DNA of 64,000 nt from Mustelus asterias (Eukaryota): NCBI RefSeq assembly GCF_964213995.1, contig NC_135804.1, positions 67,580,001 to 67,644,000 of the forward strand, written 5' to 3'. Below the pieces are notes generated by a model. That model did no database searches and was not told where the DNA came from. It saw nothing but the letters and a program-made list of their open reading frames with translations. Position numbers and translations under genes: made by a program. Positions 46,738 through 59,258 of this stretch are shown one piece after another. Numbering within the stretch: the first letter of the stretch is position 1; each line of letters opens with the position of its first letter.

Positions 46738-47519
46738 CAGGCATAGACTATTCCATTTGGTCTCCATCACAAACTCCTTTTCATAGCTACTGGGCACATC
46801 CCTCTTGCTTGGTTAGGTTTGAGACTAAATCAAATGATTCTCAATCTCAGTATTACTTTTGATCCTGAGATAAGCATCCAAAGACATATCCGCACCACCA
46901 GAAAGACTGCCGGTTCTGTTCTCTGCAACTTTTCCACACTTCGGCATATCTTGCATAGATCCCTTGCTAATGTCTTCATTAAGGCTCCTGAGCTGCACCA
47001 GTGCAGATAGAGGTGATTCAAAAATCTCTTGCCCACGTCCTAATAAGCACTAAATTCTGCTTAACCTGCTCTCCTGTGCTTACATTTACTCCCATTTATG
47101 GAATGCCTCGATATTTCTAGATCCTACATTGGTCCCAGGAATCTCTCTCGATGCAGCCTGTTTTAGCATTAGGTACCCTCATGTCTCTGAAATCTGCCAA
47201 TTCTGGGTTCTTGGGTATCTCCGATTTTAATAGTTCCGCTAAAGTCAGTCCTACATTCAGCTGCCCAGGTGCTAAGCCCCAGAACCGCCTGCCTAAGTTC
47301 TCTGCTCGTTGCAACCTGCCTACTCGAAAATGACCCATATGTTCCAACAATTCTCCCTGTTAGCTAACTAATCCTCCATCCAGACTAATATGATAACCCG
47401 ACACCATGAGCTCTTATTTGGTGTAGTAACCTTTGATGTAACACGTTGTTGAATGCTTTTGAAAATACAAATATAAAACATTTATTGCTTCCCCTTTATC
47501 CAGGCTTCTTTGAACCTTT

Positions 47520-48610
47520 GATGCAGTTTGAGCAAATGCAGAGCAGCAAAGAATTGAATGCAAGCTTGGAGTTTGGTAAGTTCTGGAGTTTAAAGTGCTA
47601 ATCTTGTTCTTAAATTTTGCTCTTAAAATCTATCGAGTCTGTAATTAGCAGGAACCAGAATGAACTCTGTAAGCATTCTAAGTTTTTACTTTCTAGCAGT
47701 TTAGACAGGACAAATTCACTGTCAGCTGTGGGAGCTGAGCAGTTAATTAGCTAACAAGTTTAATTTGGTTCCTGTCATCCCTGCAGTGAGTTCCAGTTTA
47801 GTTTTCTATAAATCCAGAGTATTTAATGCAGCCTACGCAAATGGAGTACAGCTTGGTGCTTGGTAAGTAGGGGAGTTCAGTGGAGAAGGAAGGAGGTGTT
47901 TGTTTCCCTTCACTTTTTCTACCTTTCACACCCTTTCAGATTGCTTCTTACTCTACTACAGAGAAAGGAGCCAATTGTTTGGTGAGAATCTGGGTAAGTG
48001 GGTAAATTTACTCTATCCCCAAGTTTTAAAACAGTACACAATTTGATGGTGAAGTTAATAAAATGTGTGAAAAGCACCATAAATAAATACATAGAACATA
48101 ATGGCGGCACTGTAGCACAGTGGTTAGCACTGCTGCTTCACAGCTCCAGGGACCTGGGTTCGATTCCTGGCTTGGGTCACTGTCTGTGTGGAGTTTGCAC
48201 ATTCTCCTCGTGTCTGCATGGGTTTCCTCCAGGTGCTCCGGTTTCCTCCCACAGTCCAAAGATGTGCGGGTTAGGTTGATTGACCAAGCTAAAATTGCCC
48301 TTAGTGTCCTGGGATGCATAGGTTAGAGGGATTGGTGGGTAAATATGTAGGGATATGGGGTTAGGGCCTGGGTGGGATTGTGGTCGGTGCAGACTCGATG
48401 GGCCGAATGGCCTCTTTCTGTGCTGTAGGGATTCTAAGATTCTAATTTCATTAAGTAATTAATTAACACACATTAAGGATGGCAGGGTAAGTGATGTGTC
48501 AGTACTGCAGCATGTAGCAGCTCATGGATAACAATGTGATCCAGGAAAATAAACTCATTTACAGGAAGTGTTTGTGGCTTGAGGAACTTTGGCTCAGAAT
48601 CATTGAGTCA
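47520..48610 (+). mobile_element. CR1 5' UTR and ORF1 N-terminal zinc-finger remnant, interrupted by a V-SINE
   Basis: ATGGCAGGG..GTGATGTGTCAGTACTGCAGCATG (M..VMCxxCSM) and RKCLWLEELWLRIIE resemble the CR1 ORF1 N-terminus. Confidence 0.5.
48103..48445 (+). mobile_element. V-type SINE, full length
   Basis: Near-consensus copy. Confidence 0.9.
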
Positions 48611-49533
48611 CTGTGAGGCAGCAGTGCCAGTGTGTGGTTCATGCACATGTGGTCATCCGGATTGCAAGCTGTGTCTATGAATTCTCTCATGCTGTAGGCC
48701 AACAGGGCTGAGCTCCCCATTCATACTTTTAGTTTAAAGCCTCCGATAACTTCATTCTTCCATTCTTTGGTTTGGCAGGATTATTCTGATTAACAGAATC
48801 AAAGTCCATTAATGATTGGGAAAGACAAGTCACTGGAGGATGTGTAGATGTCAGTTTAAACAAAGGCTCAGCTCCTAAGTCTGAGTCTTTTCCTCTTTAG
48901 TGCATGTAACTGATGCTTTTCTTCTCTTTATTCTTTCATGCGCCATGTGCACCATTGACAAGCGGAGTATTTGTTAGCCATCCTTAACCCTCGTGGCTTG
49001 CTAGGTCATTTCAGAGGGCAGTTAAGAATAAACCACATTGTTGTAACTCTAGAGTCACATGTAGGCCAGTCAAGGCAAAGCTGGCAGAATTGCCTTTGAA
49101 CCCATTTCAGAGGGCAGTTGCTGTAGGTTTGGAGTCACACGTAGGCCAGACCAGGAAAGGGCAGCAGATTTTATTCCGTCAGCATTTTGACAGAAATTGA
49201 TGACGTGGTCACCGTTATTGATATTCCAGATTTTATTCATTGAACTTAAATTAGCCCAGCTGCCGTGGTGGGTTTCGACCCCATATGCTCATTGGATTGT
49301 AACTCAGTGACATTGCCACTACACTTCTGTCTCCCCACAAGCACTGAGCTCTCAGTTAATAACACAATAAGCACATCGACAGGCCAAATAGTGTAAGGCC
49401 CCCGTGTGTCTCCTCTTTTCTGTACTGTGGGAAACCTAACATGTGAGCTTATGATATTGAGTAATTTAAATGACTTGATGCTTTCGCATCTGGCTTTGCT
49501 TAACATTGGGCCAATATTCAGCATAGAAGCAAT

Positions 49534-49712
49534 AGATGTGCGGGTTAGGTTGATTGGCCAGGTTAAAAAAAATTGCCCCTGGGATGCGTAGGTTAGAGGG
49601 ATTAGTGGGTAAAATATGTGGGGGTAGGGCCTGGGTGGGATTGTGGTCGGTGCAGACTCGATGGGCCGAATGGCCTCCTTCTGCACTGTAGGGTTTCTAT
49701 GATTTCTATGAT
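49534..49712 (+). mobile_element. V-type SINE 3' half
   Basis: GATGTGCGGGTTAGG...GGGTTTCTATGATTTCTATGA. Confidence 0.8.
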
Positions 49713-50319
49713 TAGAGACCGGAAATGTATTACATAATAAGGTGCATTTTCAACTTGTACGGGTGCTGTTGAATATGGACTTGAATCTATCAGGAGATAC
49801 TCACAGTCAACCAATAAAATGACAGGGAAACTATTAACAGAATTAATTGTTAGTGAAAAATAGAAAATGGGAACCATGAAATGGGGAAGATTGTAATGTC
49901 GGAGGAATTGGGGTTAACTTGCCAAGTAATTGAGGTTTGACAAAATGCATAGGGAAAGAGTAACGGCAAGCTTTGCAGTAATATACAAATGTATGTGGTG
50001 GGATAATGAAAAATCCATTAAAATAATTATTGGTAGGTCAGAATCAAGAATGGTTGATAAAATCAAGAAGCAACAGAATACATTATTAACTACGAAATAA
50101 TTGGTAGGAGAGTTGAAGAAGACCAATGTAAAAACAATGAATAGATGGAACTAACTGGTCAAGACCTTATGAGACGTGTCATTTCTACACTGTAGGGGAC
50201 ACTTGTGATGAAGGTGGTACAACAGGGACTGGACGAAATATACTGTATTTGAAAGCATATGTTTATTTTTTTATTCATTCGTGGGACATTGGCATCACTG
50301 GCTGGCCAGCATTTATTGT

Positions 50320-50524
50320 AAGAGTTTTAACACCAGATTAAAGTCCAACAGGTTTATTTGGTAGCAAATGCCATTAGCTTTCGGAACACTGCTCCTTCGT
50401 CAGATCGTCAGCAGGGCTCCGAAAGCTAATGGCATTTGCTGCCAAATAAATCTGTTGGACTTTAACCTGGTGTTGTTAAAACTCTTACTGTGGATACCCC
50501 AGTCCAACGCCGGCATCTCCACAT
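50320..50524. mobile_element. Fold-back PLE mini-insertion (inverted pLTR end plus pLTR end with tail), 13-bp TSD
   Basis: TSD CAGCATTTATTGT at 50307-50319 and 50525-50537; the arms meet at the hammerhead (CTGACGA..GAAAGCTA). Confidence 0.85.
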
Positions 50525-52371
50525 CAGCATTTATTGTCCATCTCTAGTTGCCTTTGGAGGACAGTTGAGAATCAACCACAGTGCTGCACCCTGAAAGAGA
50601 CTCTTTCGCTCTGTAGGTAAGCTATGATGTGGCAGCATCTCACTCCAGCCTGTGGGTTCACAATTGATGAGGAATCATTCAATTGTCAGGTAACGTTAAG
50701 GCATTAGAGAGATTAATGGACTCAACTGACTGCAAACAAAGGGAAAATATTGTGTTACCGCCGCACCTGCTCTTTCCTACGTCTGTTACATCAACCAGAA
50801 TCCCGAAACCGGAACAATTCTGCATGTTTCTAAACTGCAATAATCAAAATGGGCCACTATTATAGAATTATGGGCGAGTTGCATTATTTCAGCTGAGATT
50901 TGTGACAGCACAGACGAGAGCACGAATAATTCTGATCGTTGTCTAAGACTGTTCAGGAGTAGATGTGAAATACAAAAATGCAAGTTAATTTAAAATGATA
51001 GCAAGACATTGAGGGAAACGAAGTATTTTGCACGGAAAGAAGGGCATAAAACTCTTTACTCACATCTGATCTACAAAGGAAAATTATAGATACCTAAAAT
51101 GGAGACGGGCATGGCATGGCATGGCAGAAAGAGAGCGAACCAGCGAGAGTGTTAAAGTTCAGGCGAGCGACACGCTACAACTAATGTTCTCAGACTTGGC
51201 TGAGGTTGCTGAACTGAGCAGAACAGTCGCGTATCCTTAATGTGAATAAACCTGTGCAATATTGAAATTTACTCAGAATTAGGCAGCGGTAACCACATAA
51301 TGCAAATACAGTAAATTGACCACGCTGCTTCATTTGTAATGGAAATATGCAGGTTTTAACTTTACGTTTGATAGGCGGTGCAATGTTACAATGTGTGATA
51401 AATTATTGGCCCGTATCCGCTCCACTCAAAGTTTTTTTTACTGTTGAAAAGAATAACTTTAAGTTTGAATGAATAATAAAATATAAGGATAGTACAATAT
51501 AAAACATTGCAAAAGAATAACGAATGACTGCATTCACAATCTTTCTTCAAATGAACAATCGCATCTTTAATAAGCTGGCTGATGAGTAACAGTCTGAGAT
51601 TGATGCGGGTAATAATGTGTGAAAAAATATCAGAACTCGAGCTGGTCGGAATTAACCATTCGATGTGAATATATTTTATATATATACACACACACACACA
51701 TATCCTTTCATGGGATGTGCACATTGCTGGCAAGGGCAGCATTTGTTGAACATCCTGGGAACCAATGGCTCCCAGTTCAAAGGGGCGCTAAGATTTAGTG
51801 CTGTGGGTCTGGAGTCACATGTAAATCAGACCAGGTAAGGATGGCAGTTTTCCTTCCCTAAAGGACGTTAGGGAACCAACTGGGTTTCATTGTCACTATT
51901 ACTGAGAAAAGTATGATGTTGCAGATTATTAATTAACAAATTTTAAATCACACCAACTGCTATGATGAGTTTTGAACCCATGTACCCAGAATGTTAGCCT
52001 GGCCCTCGCATTTCTAGCCCAGTGACCTGAGGATGAAGCCGTATGCAATAACACCCAGCTCTCAAAGACTCAAAGAGGAAGTGTGAGATAGGGTTGTGAG
52101 AGAGAGCTTATTGTTTAGTTTGCGATGTGTGGAAGATGTTTATGTGATTCGCAGTGATTGAGAAATGTGTGTTTGTGACAGTGTGAGTGAACTTTATATG
52201 TATAAATTATCGCTGGGTGACAGAGAGCGCTGTGAATGGTAGCGATGCGATTATTAGATTAGGAGTTCATTGTTGGGTAAAACACTGAATAAGTAACACT
52301 GGGTAACTGAGTGTGAGATTCATGTGCGATAAAAACTGAGTGAAAAATGTATGTGAGAAAACGTGTTATGA

Positions 52372-52651
52372 AGTAAATGTTATTTATTAGTCACAAATAA
52401 GGCTTTCATTAACACTGCAATGAAGTTACTGTGAAATTCCCCAGCCGCCACAATCCGGTGCCTGTTTGGGTCAAGCACCTAACCAGCACATCTTCCGGAA
52501 TGTGGGAGGAAACCGAGCACCCGGAGGAAATCCACTCAGGCACGGAGAGAATGTACAAACTCCACACAGACAGTGACCCAAGCTAGAAATCGAACCCAGG
52601 TTCCTAGCGCCTTGAAGCAGCAGGGCTAACCACTGTGCTACTGTGCCGCCC
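52372..52651 (-). mobile_element. V-type SINE variant with a different 3' tail
   Basis: Head and V-domain as in the family; 3' part CACAGTAACTTCATTGCAGTG..ATAAATAAC differs. Confidence 0.7.
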
Positions 52652-53017
52652 CTGTTCGTTTGTAAGACGATAATGAGAAATAGATCTGTGCTCGAAAAAC
52701 ACTGAATGAATGACGGTTGTGCAAGTCTTTGAGAGCTGGGTGTCTGAGGCAGAGTCACAAAGTGAGGGATGAGTGATTGAGGTGACAATGAATGCGGGAG
52801 GATCTGTGTGGAAAACAGTGACATGTTGGCTTTCTGGATATAACTGATTCTTCTTACTGTGAACACGTGATGGAAAAGAAAGTAAAGAATGAATATTCAG
52901 TCAATGCCTCAAGTAACAATCCATCCAGACATGTCACAAAAATGGATTCTACCTTTGTGTTTCCCGCCAGTTTTTCCTATGATCCCACGGAAATTTTCGA
53001 AGTTAATGATGAAGATC

Positions 53018-53136
53018 TTACCAATAAAGAAAGACGGATTTGAAATGATCCACGATGAAGATAGTCCCCAACAGGATCACCATTAACCCCAACAGGAAAC
53101 GGCACATGTTAATCATTTGGAAGTGGTCAGTTGAGC
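53018..53136 (-). pseudogene. Putative terminal transmembrane (TM) exon of an activating Ig-like receptor (NxxR motif, short tail)
   Basis: Long polypyrimidine tract plus CCAG acceptor; phase-1 reading STDHFQMINMCRFLLGLMVILLGTIFIVDHFKSVFLYW*. Confidence 0.6.
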
Positions 53137-53912
53137 CTGGTGGACAGCAACAGAAGGGATGGTGAAAGAAATTCAATGAGAAAAAGGAGAGAAACAAATA
53201 AAGACAGAATGTGGCATAGTGTATATTTGAGAGAGGGAGTGGAAGTTATAAGCAGATGGAATAGAGTGTGAGAGAGAGCAACAGAGCGTGACGATTGTGT
53301 TAGAATCAGGACTGTCTCTTTAAGAGAAACAGTTAACGTTGGAGTCCATATGGCCCGCCACAGATGCTGTCAGGTCTGCTGAGTTTTTCCAGCATTTTCT
53401 GTTTTTATTTCAGATCTCCAGAATCCACAGTTTTTGCTTTATTTTTGTCTGGGATCTAATCTCATAGTGGTTCATGTAAATGTTAAGCTTCCGAGAGTCT
53501 TGCAGAGTGACCATAGGGAAGAGAGATCTGGCAGTCACTGGCTGCTTGGCAGAAGTTGTGGGACAGAAGGGAGGACAACGAGATTGAGGAAAGGAGGAGT
53601 GAGGATACAAAGGAGCTAAATGGATAAATGATAATTTCTGAATTCAAGACGTGAAGGTGGATTGCTGGAATTTGGAAAGGAGCGGGGAGGTGAATAGGTG
53701 AGTGAAAAAATGGGCAGATGCTGTCACTAGAGATATACAGGTGAGGAGGCAATCCTCACTGCTTTCCCCAGATTGGAGAGGAGGAGGAAGATGAGATCAA
53801 CATTCTCTGTGCCAAGGTTTTTTCTGGGATCTGAGCCTACTTTTATCCTTTTACTGTTTAATTTGTTAATGCATCATATCCAAATTGTTGTTTTTTAAAT
53901 AAACTTAACAAA

Positions 53913-54688
53913 CCATTTTTTGGAAGGACTAATACAAATGGGAAATATACAGTAAATGGCAGAACCCTTAAGAGTATTGATAGGCGGAGGGATCTGGGTG
54001 TACAGGTACACAGGTCACTGAAAGTGGCAGCGCAGGTAGAGAAGGTAGTCAAGAAGGCATAAGGCATGCTTGCCTTCATCGGCCCGGACATTGAGTTTAA
54101 AAATTGGCAAGTCATGTTGCAGCTTTATGGAACCTTAGTGAGGCCGCACTTGGAATATAGCGTTCAATTCTGGTCGTTGCCAGAAAGATGTGGTGGCTTT
54201 GGAGAGGGTACAGAAAAGATTTACAAGGATGTTGCCTGGCATGGAGGGCATTAGCTATGAGGAGAGGTTGGGCAAACTTGGTTTGTTCTCACTGGAACGA
54301 CGGAGGTTGAGGGGAGACCTGATAGAAGTCTACAAGATTATGAGAGGCATGGACAGAGTGGATAGTCAGAAGCTTTTTCCTAGGGTGGAAGAGTTAATTA
54401 CTAGGGCGCATAGGTTTAAGGTGCGAGGGGCAAGGTTTGAAGCAGATGTACAAGCCAGGGTTTTTACACAGAGGGTGGTGGATGCCTGGAACTCGCTGCC
54501 GGGGGAGGTAGTGGAACCAGATACGATAGTGATTTTTAAGGGCATCTTGACAAATACATGAATAGGATGGGAATAGAGGTATATGGTCCCCGGAAGGGTG
54601 GGGTTTTTTAGTTAAGTCGGGTAGCATTGTCGGTACAGGCTTGGAGGGCCGAAGAGCCTGTTCTTGTGCTGTATTGTTCTTTGTTCTA
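53913..54688 (+). mobile_element. CR1 3' fragment
   Basis: ORFs 54066-54254 and 54190-54561; TTGTTCT tail. Confidence 0.9.
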
Positions 54689-54952
54689 ATGATCCGCTAA
54701 ACCCGGTATATATCGAGTGATTCGGATGCAAACCAGCCGACACTGGCTGTCGTTCTTCGACAGGGATCCAAGCGGATCTTCATGGTGGAAAGGCAGAGGA
54801 GTTCATGGGCACTGAATCTAACATTCATTGCAGTGCAAAGTGGGAAGTAGCGGATTGAACGCCTATTATTTTAAAACTAAGGATCAGTGGTGAATACGAT
54901 AACCTGTATATGAAAAATATGCAATTTAGCACTGAAAATCCGATACACTTTC

Positions 54953-55226
54953 TTTGACCCCGAACCGTGTAGCTGTCATTGGCGGCGACATCAAGAGAGG
55001 CATGATATATCTGACAGGTATACCCGTTTTCCAGAGGGCTGAGGGAGCTTGAAGCCTGACATAATCCCTCCTCATTCCATATTACTGTGATACACATCCC
55101 AGGTGGAATTTTGAAGTCATTCTTATACCAGGTGATGTTAACTTCCTCTGGAAAGAAGCCAGCTTTTGCACAGAAGAGTGTGTGTTGAAGGGGATGGGCG
55201 GATAATCTTCACAGGTGTTGGCGGCA
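54953..55226 (-). pseudogene. Ig C1-set domain exon with a 2-nt frameshift and a mutated donor
   Basis: Acceptor TTTCCAG; VPPTPVKII..TLLCK/AGFFPEEVNITWYKND..GLCQASSSL..YTCQIYHASL. Length 274 nt (276 expected for a phase 1-1 exon); donor GAAAGT instead of GTAAGT. Confidence 0.8.
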
Positions 55227-56051
55227 CTGGAAATGGAGAGAAAGCCAATGCTGATTTCGCTAATTGTGCCTTGCGTTTGAGATGGGAAAGAACAGGCGGC
55301 CGAAAGGCTGCTGCGCTTTATCAACTTTCGAAGAATTTTATCACAATATTAATATTCATATTGAACCCCTGGGTGCCTTACAATAATAAATTCCGACATT
55401 TCTATCGTTCTTTTCTTCATGGAAAGCCATTGACTTTAAATCCCTCCAACTGTGATAAACTAAAATTCTATGTACATAGATCCCAGATAGACGGTAGGGT
55501 CTTTTTAATCCATCGTTTTCTGTGTCTCCAAGTGTTCACTTTGAATTAGCTCGCGTTTCGTAATCACTTTCATGTCGCTTGACAGTGAGACAATAACATT
55601 TCGTAAAATGAGCGATCATTTAATATCACAGTCCATGGATTTTTCCGATAGAGTTTAACACCGTTCACCAACTTGACAGGCGAGAACGAATCAACCGCCT
55701 GATATATAGTTTTCAGCGTTTCTCAAGAAATAAATATCGGGCGAGATGTAAACCCCACTGTCAATTGTCAAAATCAAATCCAACTAAATGTTTCTGCTCC
55801 AGTCTGAGAGTTGTTGTCAAGGTCAAATCAGAATGAAGCTAACAGCACTGTTGGTGAACCTACACTGCAGCGGCAGAAGAACACGGCTCACCACCACCTT
55901 CTCAAGGACTCGGAGAGACAAACCCCACATCTGGTGATCGAATGATAAATAACAAGTTACCCTGTGCTGGAGTTCATCCACTTGGCTTTTTTCCCGAGAT
56001 AATGATCACACTCTAAAACTCAACATCCACGTATATTATTCAAACACTTAC

Positions 56052-56097
56052 CTTGTATTCGGGTACAGAGTGTAATCAAATGGAGGGACAAAATCAT
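56052..56097 (-). pseudogene. Putative signal-peptide (leader) exon
   Basis: ATG..MILSLHLITLCTRIQ + G followed by GTAAGTG donor (phase 1, typical of Ig-superfamily leaders). Confidence 0.5.
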
Positions 56098-56498
56098 ATC
56101 AACAAAATCAGCTAACAACTCTGATGGACGAGGCATTTGTCAAGTATCGCCCTTCTAGAGGTTCTACTGACCGATTATATCACCGCTAATTACACCTACT
56201 CGATCCAGAGTCTATGGTTGATTTATGTGTCTTCTCCTGATTTCAGGAGAATTACAGGGCACGCCAGATATAAACCAGGATGTACAGTTTCCATCAGCAG
56301 TTTCACACCAGCACAGACGTAATAACTATCAATTATCTCCTTTACTTTCCTTTAACTTTTTCTTCGTCTTTACTATTTATGAACTTGTAATTTAGTGAAT
56401 GACCTTTAACCCCACTCCACTCGTTGGAAATTACGTTTGTATTTGAAATCAATTCATTATCCATAGGATCTCCTAGATCACAGTTGAATTTGGAATCA

Positions 56499-59258
56499 AA
56501 GAACAAAAGAACAAAGAACAGTACAGCACAGGAAACAGGCCCTTCGGCCCTCCAAGCCTGCGCCGCTACTCGGTCCAACTAGACCATTCGTTTGTATCCC
56601 TCCATTCCCAGGCTGCTCATGTGACTATCCAGGTAAGTCTTAAACGATGTCAGCGTGCCTGCCTCCACCACCCTACTTGGCAGCGCATTCCAGGCCCCCA
56701 CCACCCTCTGTGTAAAAAACGTCCCTCTGATGTCTAAGTTATACTTTGCCCCTCTCACCTTGAGCCTGTGACCTCTCGTGATCGTCACCTCCGACCTGGG
56801 AAAAAGCTTCCCACTGTTCACCCTATCTATACCCTTCATAATCTTGTATACCTCTATTAGATCTCCCCTCATTCTCCATCTTTCCAAGGAGAACAACCCC
56901 AGTCCACCCAATCTTTCCTCATAGCTAAGACCCTCCATACCAGGCAACATCCTGGTAAACCTTCTCTGCACTCTCTCTAATGCCTCCACGTCCTTCTGGT
57001 AGTGCGGCGACCAGAACTGGACGCAGTACTCCAAATGTGGCCTAACCAGCGTTCTATACAGCTGCATCATCAGACTCCAGCTTTTATACTCTATACTCCG
57101 CCCTATAAAGGCAAGCATACCATATACCTTCTTCACCACCTTCCCCACCTGTGTTGCCACCTTCAAGGATTTGTGGACTTGCACACCTAGGTCCCTCTGT
57201 GTTTCTATACTCCTGATGACTCTGTCATTTATTGTATAACTCCTCCCTACATTATTTCTTCCAAAATGCATCACTTCGCATTTATCCGGATTAAACTCCA
57301 TCTGCCACCTCTCCGCCCAATTTTCCAGCCTATCTATATCCTGCTGTATTGCCCGACAATGCTCTTCGCTATCCGCAAGTCCAGCCATCTTTGTGTCATC
57401 CGCAAACTTGCTGATTACACCAGTTACACCTTCTTCCAAATCATTTATATATATCACAAATAGCAGAGGTCCCAGTACAGAGCCCTGCGGAACACCACTG
57501 GTCACAGACCTCCAGCCGGAAAAAGACCCTTCGACCACTACCCTCTGTCTCCTATGGCCAAGCCAGTTCTCCACCCATCTAGCCACTTCTCCTTGTATCC
57601 CATGAGCCTTAACCTTCTTAACCAACCTGCCATGTGGGACTTTGTCAAATGCCTTACTGAAATCCATATTGACGACATCCACGGCTCTTCCTTCATCAAC
57701 CGTTTTTGTCACTTCCTCAAAAAACTCCACCAAATTTGTAAGGCACGACCTCCCTCTTACAAAACCATGCTGTCTGTCGCTAATGAGATTGTTCCGTTCT
57801 AAATGCACATACATCCTGTCTCTAAGAATCCTCTCCAACAACTTCCCTACCACGGACGTCAAGCTCACCGGCCTATAATTTCCTGGGTTATCCCTGCTAC
57901 CCTTCTTAAACAATGGCACCACATTCGCTATCCTCCAATCCTCAGGGACCTCACCCGTGTCCAAAGAAGCGACAAAGATTTCCGTCAGAGGCCCAGCAAT
58001 TTCATCTCTCGTCTCCCTGAGCAGTCGAGGATAGATGCCATCAGGCCCTGGGGCTTTGTCAGTTTTAATGTTCCCTAAAAAACCTAACACTTCCTCTCTT
58101 GTAATGGAGATTTTCTCTAACGGGTCAACACCTCCCTCCGAGACACTCTCGGTTAACACGCCCCTCTCCTTCGTGAATACCGATGCAAAGTATTCATTTA
58201 GGATCTCCCCTATTCCCTTGGGTTCGAAGCATAATTCCCCTCCTTTGTCCCTGAGAGGTCCGATTTTCTCCCTGACAACTCTTTTGTTCCTAACGTATGA
58301 ATAGAATGCCTTAGGATTCTCCTTAATCCTGCCTGCCAAGAACATCTCGTGACCTCTTTTTGCCCTTCTAACTCCCCGTTTGAGTTCTTTCCTACTCTCT
58401 CTGTATTCCTCCAGAGCTCCATCTGTTTTCAGTTGCCTGGACTTAACGTACACCTCCCTTTTCATTTTAATCAGATCCTCAATTTCCCTGGTTATCCACG
58501 GCTCTTGAATCCTACCTTTCCTATCTTTCCTTTTTACAGGCACATGCCTATCCTGCAGCCTTATCAATAGTTCCTTAAAAGACTCCCACATGGACTTACT
58601 CTCGAATATCCTCTCCCAATCAACATCCACCAATTCCTGCCTAATCCGGCTATAGTTAGCCTTCCCCCAATTTAGCACCCTGCCCGTAGGACAGCACTCA
58701 TCCTTGTCCATTACTATCCTAAAGTTAACAGAGTTGTGGTCACTATTTGCCACATGTTCCCCTACCAAAACTTTGACGACCTGACCGGGCTCATTTCCCA
58801 GAACTAGGTCCAGTATAGCCCCCTCTCTAGTCGGGCTATCTACATACTGTTCCAAAGAACCTTCCAGTACACATTTTACAAATTCCTCCCCGTCTGGACC
58901 CCCAGCTCTAAGCACTTTCCAGTCTGTGCCAGGGAAATTAAAGTCCCCCACTACAACAACCCTATTTTTTCTGCACCTATCCAGAGTCTCCTGACGTATC
59001 CTTTCCTCCACTTCCCGTGGGCTGTTGGGTGGTCTGTAGTACACCCCCAGCATGGTGACTGCACCCTTCCTGTTTCTGAGTTCCACCCACAGCGACTCAG
59101 TACATGACCCCTCCAAGTTGTCTACCCTCTGCACCGCGGTAATATGCTCCTTAACTAATATCGCTACTCCCCCACCTTTTTTAGCCCCTCCTCTGTCTCG
59201 CCTAAAACACTTATACCCCGGAATATTCAGCTGCCAGTCCTGTCCTTCTTTTAACCAA
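56499..59258 (-). mobile_element. CR1 LINE, 5'-truncated within the APE domain, remaining ORF2 open
   Basis: 851-aa ORF 56579-59134 with GDFN, SDHN, NYRPVSLTS, FADD; (TTGTTCT)n tail. Confidence 0.95.

Noticed and set aside
45140-47340. Possible L2 LINE remnant
   Set aside because: Too decayed to confirm motifs or boundaries by eye.
50740-50835. YVC...GTILHV resembling the end of an Ig V domain
   Set aside because: No upstream Cys/Trp framework or splice sites; likely chance.
51108-51700. (GGCAT)n and (TA)n(CA)n short repeats
   Set aside because: Ordinary short microsatellites.
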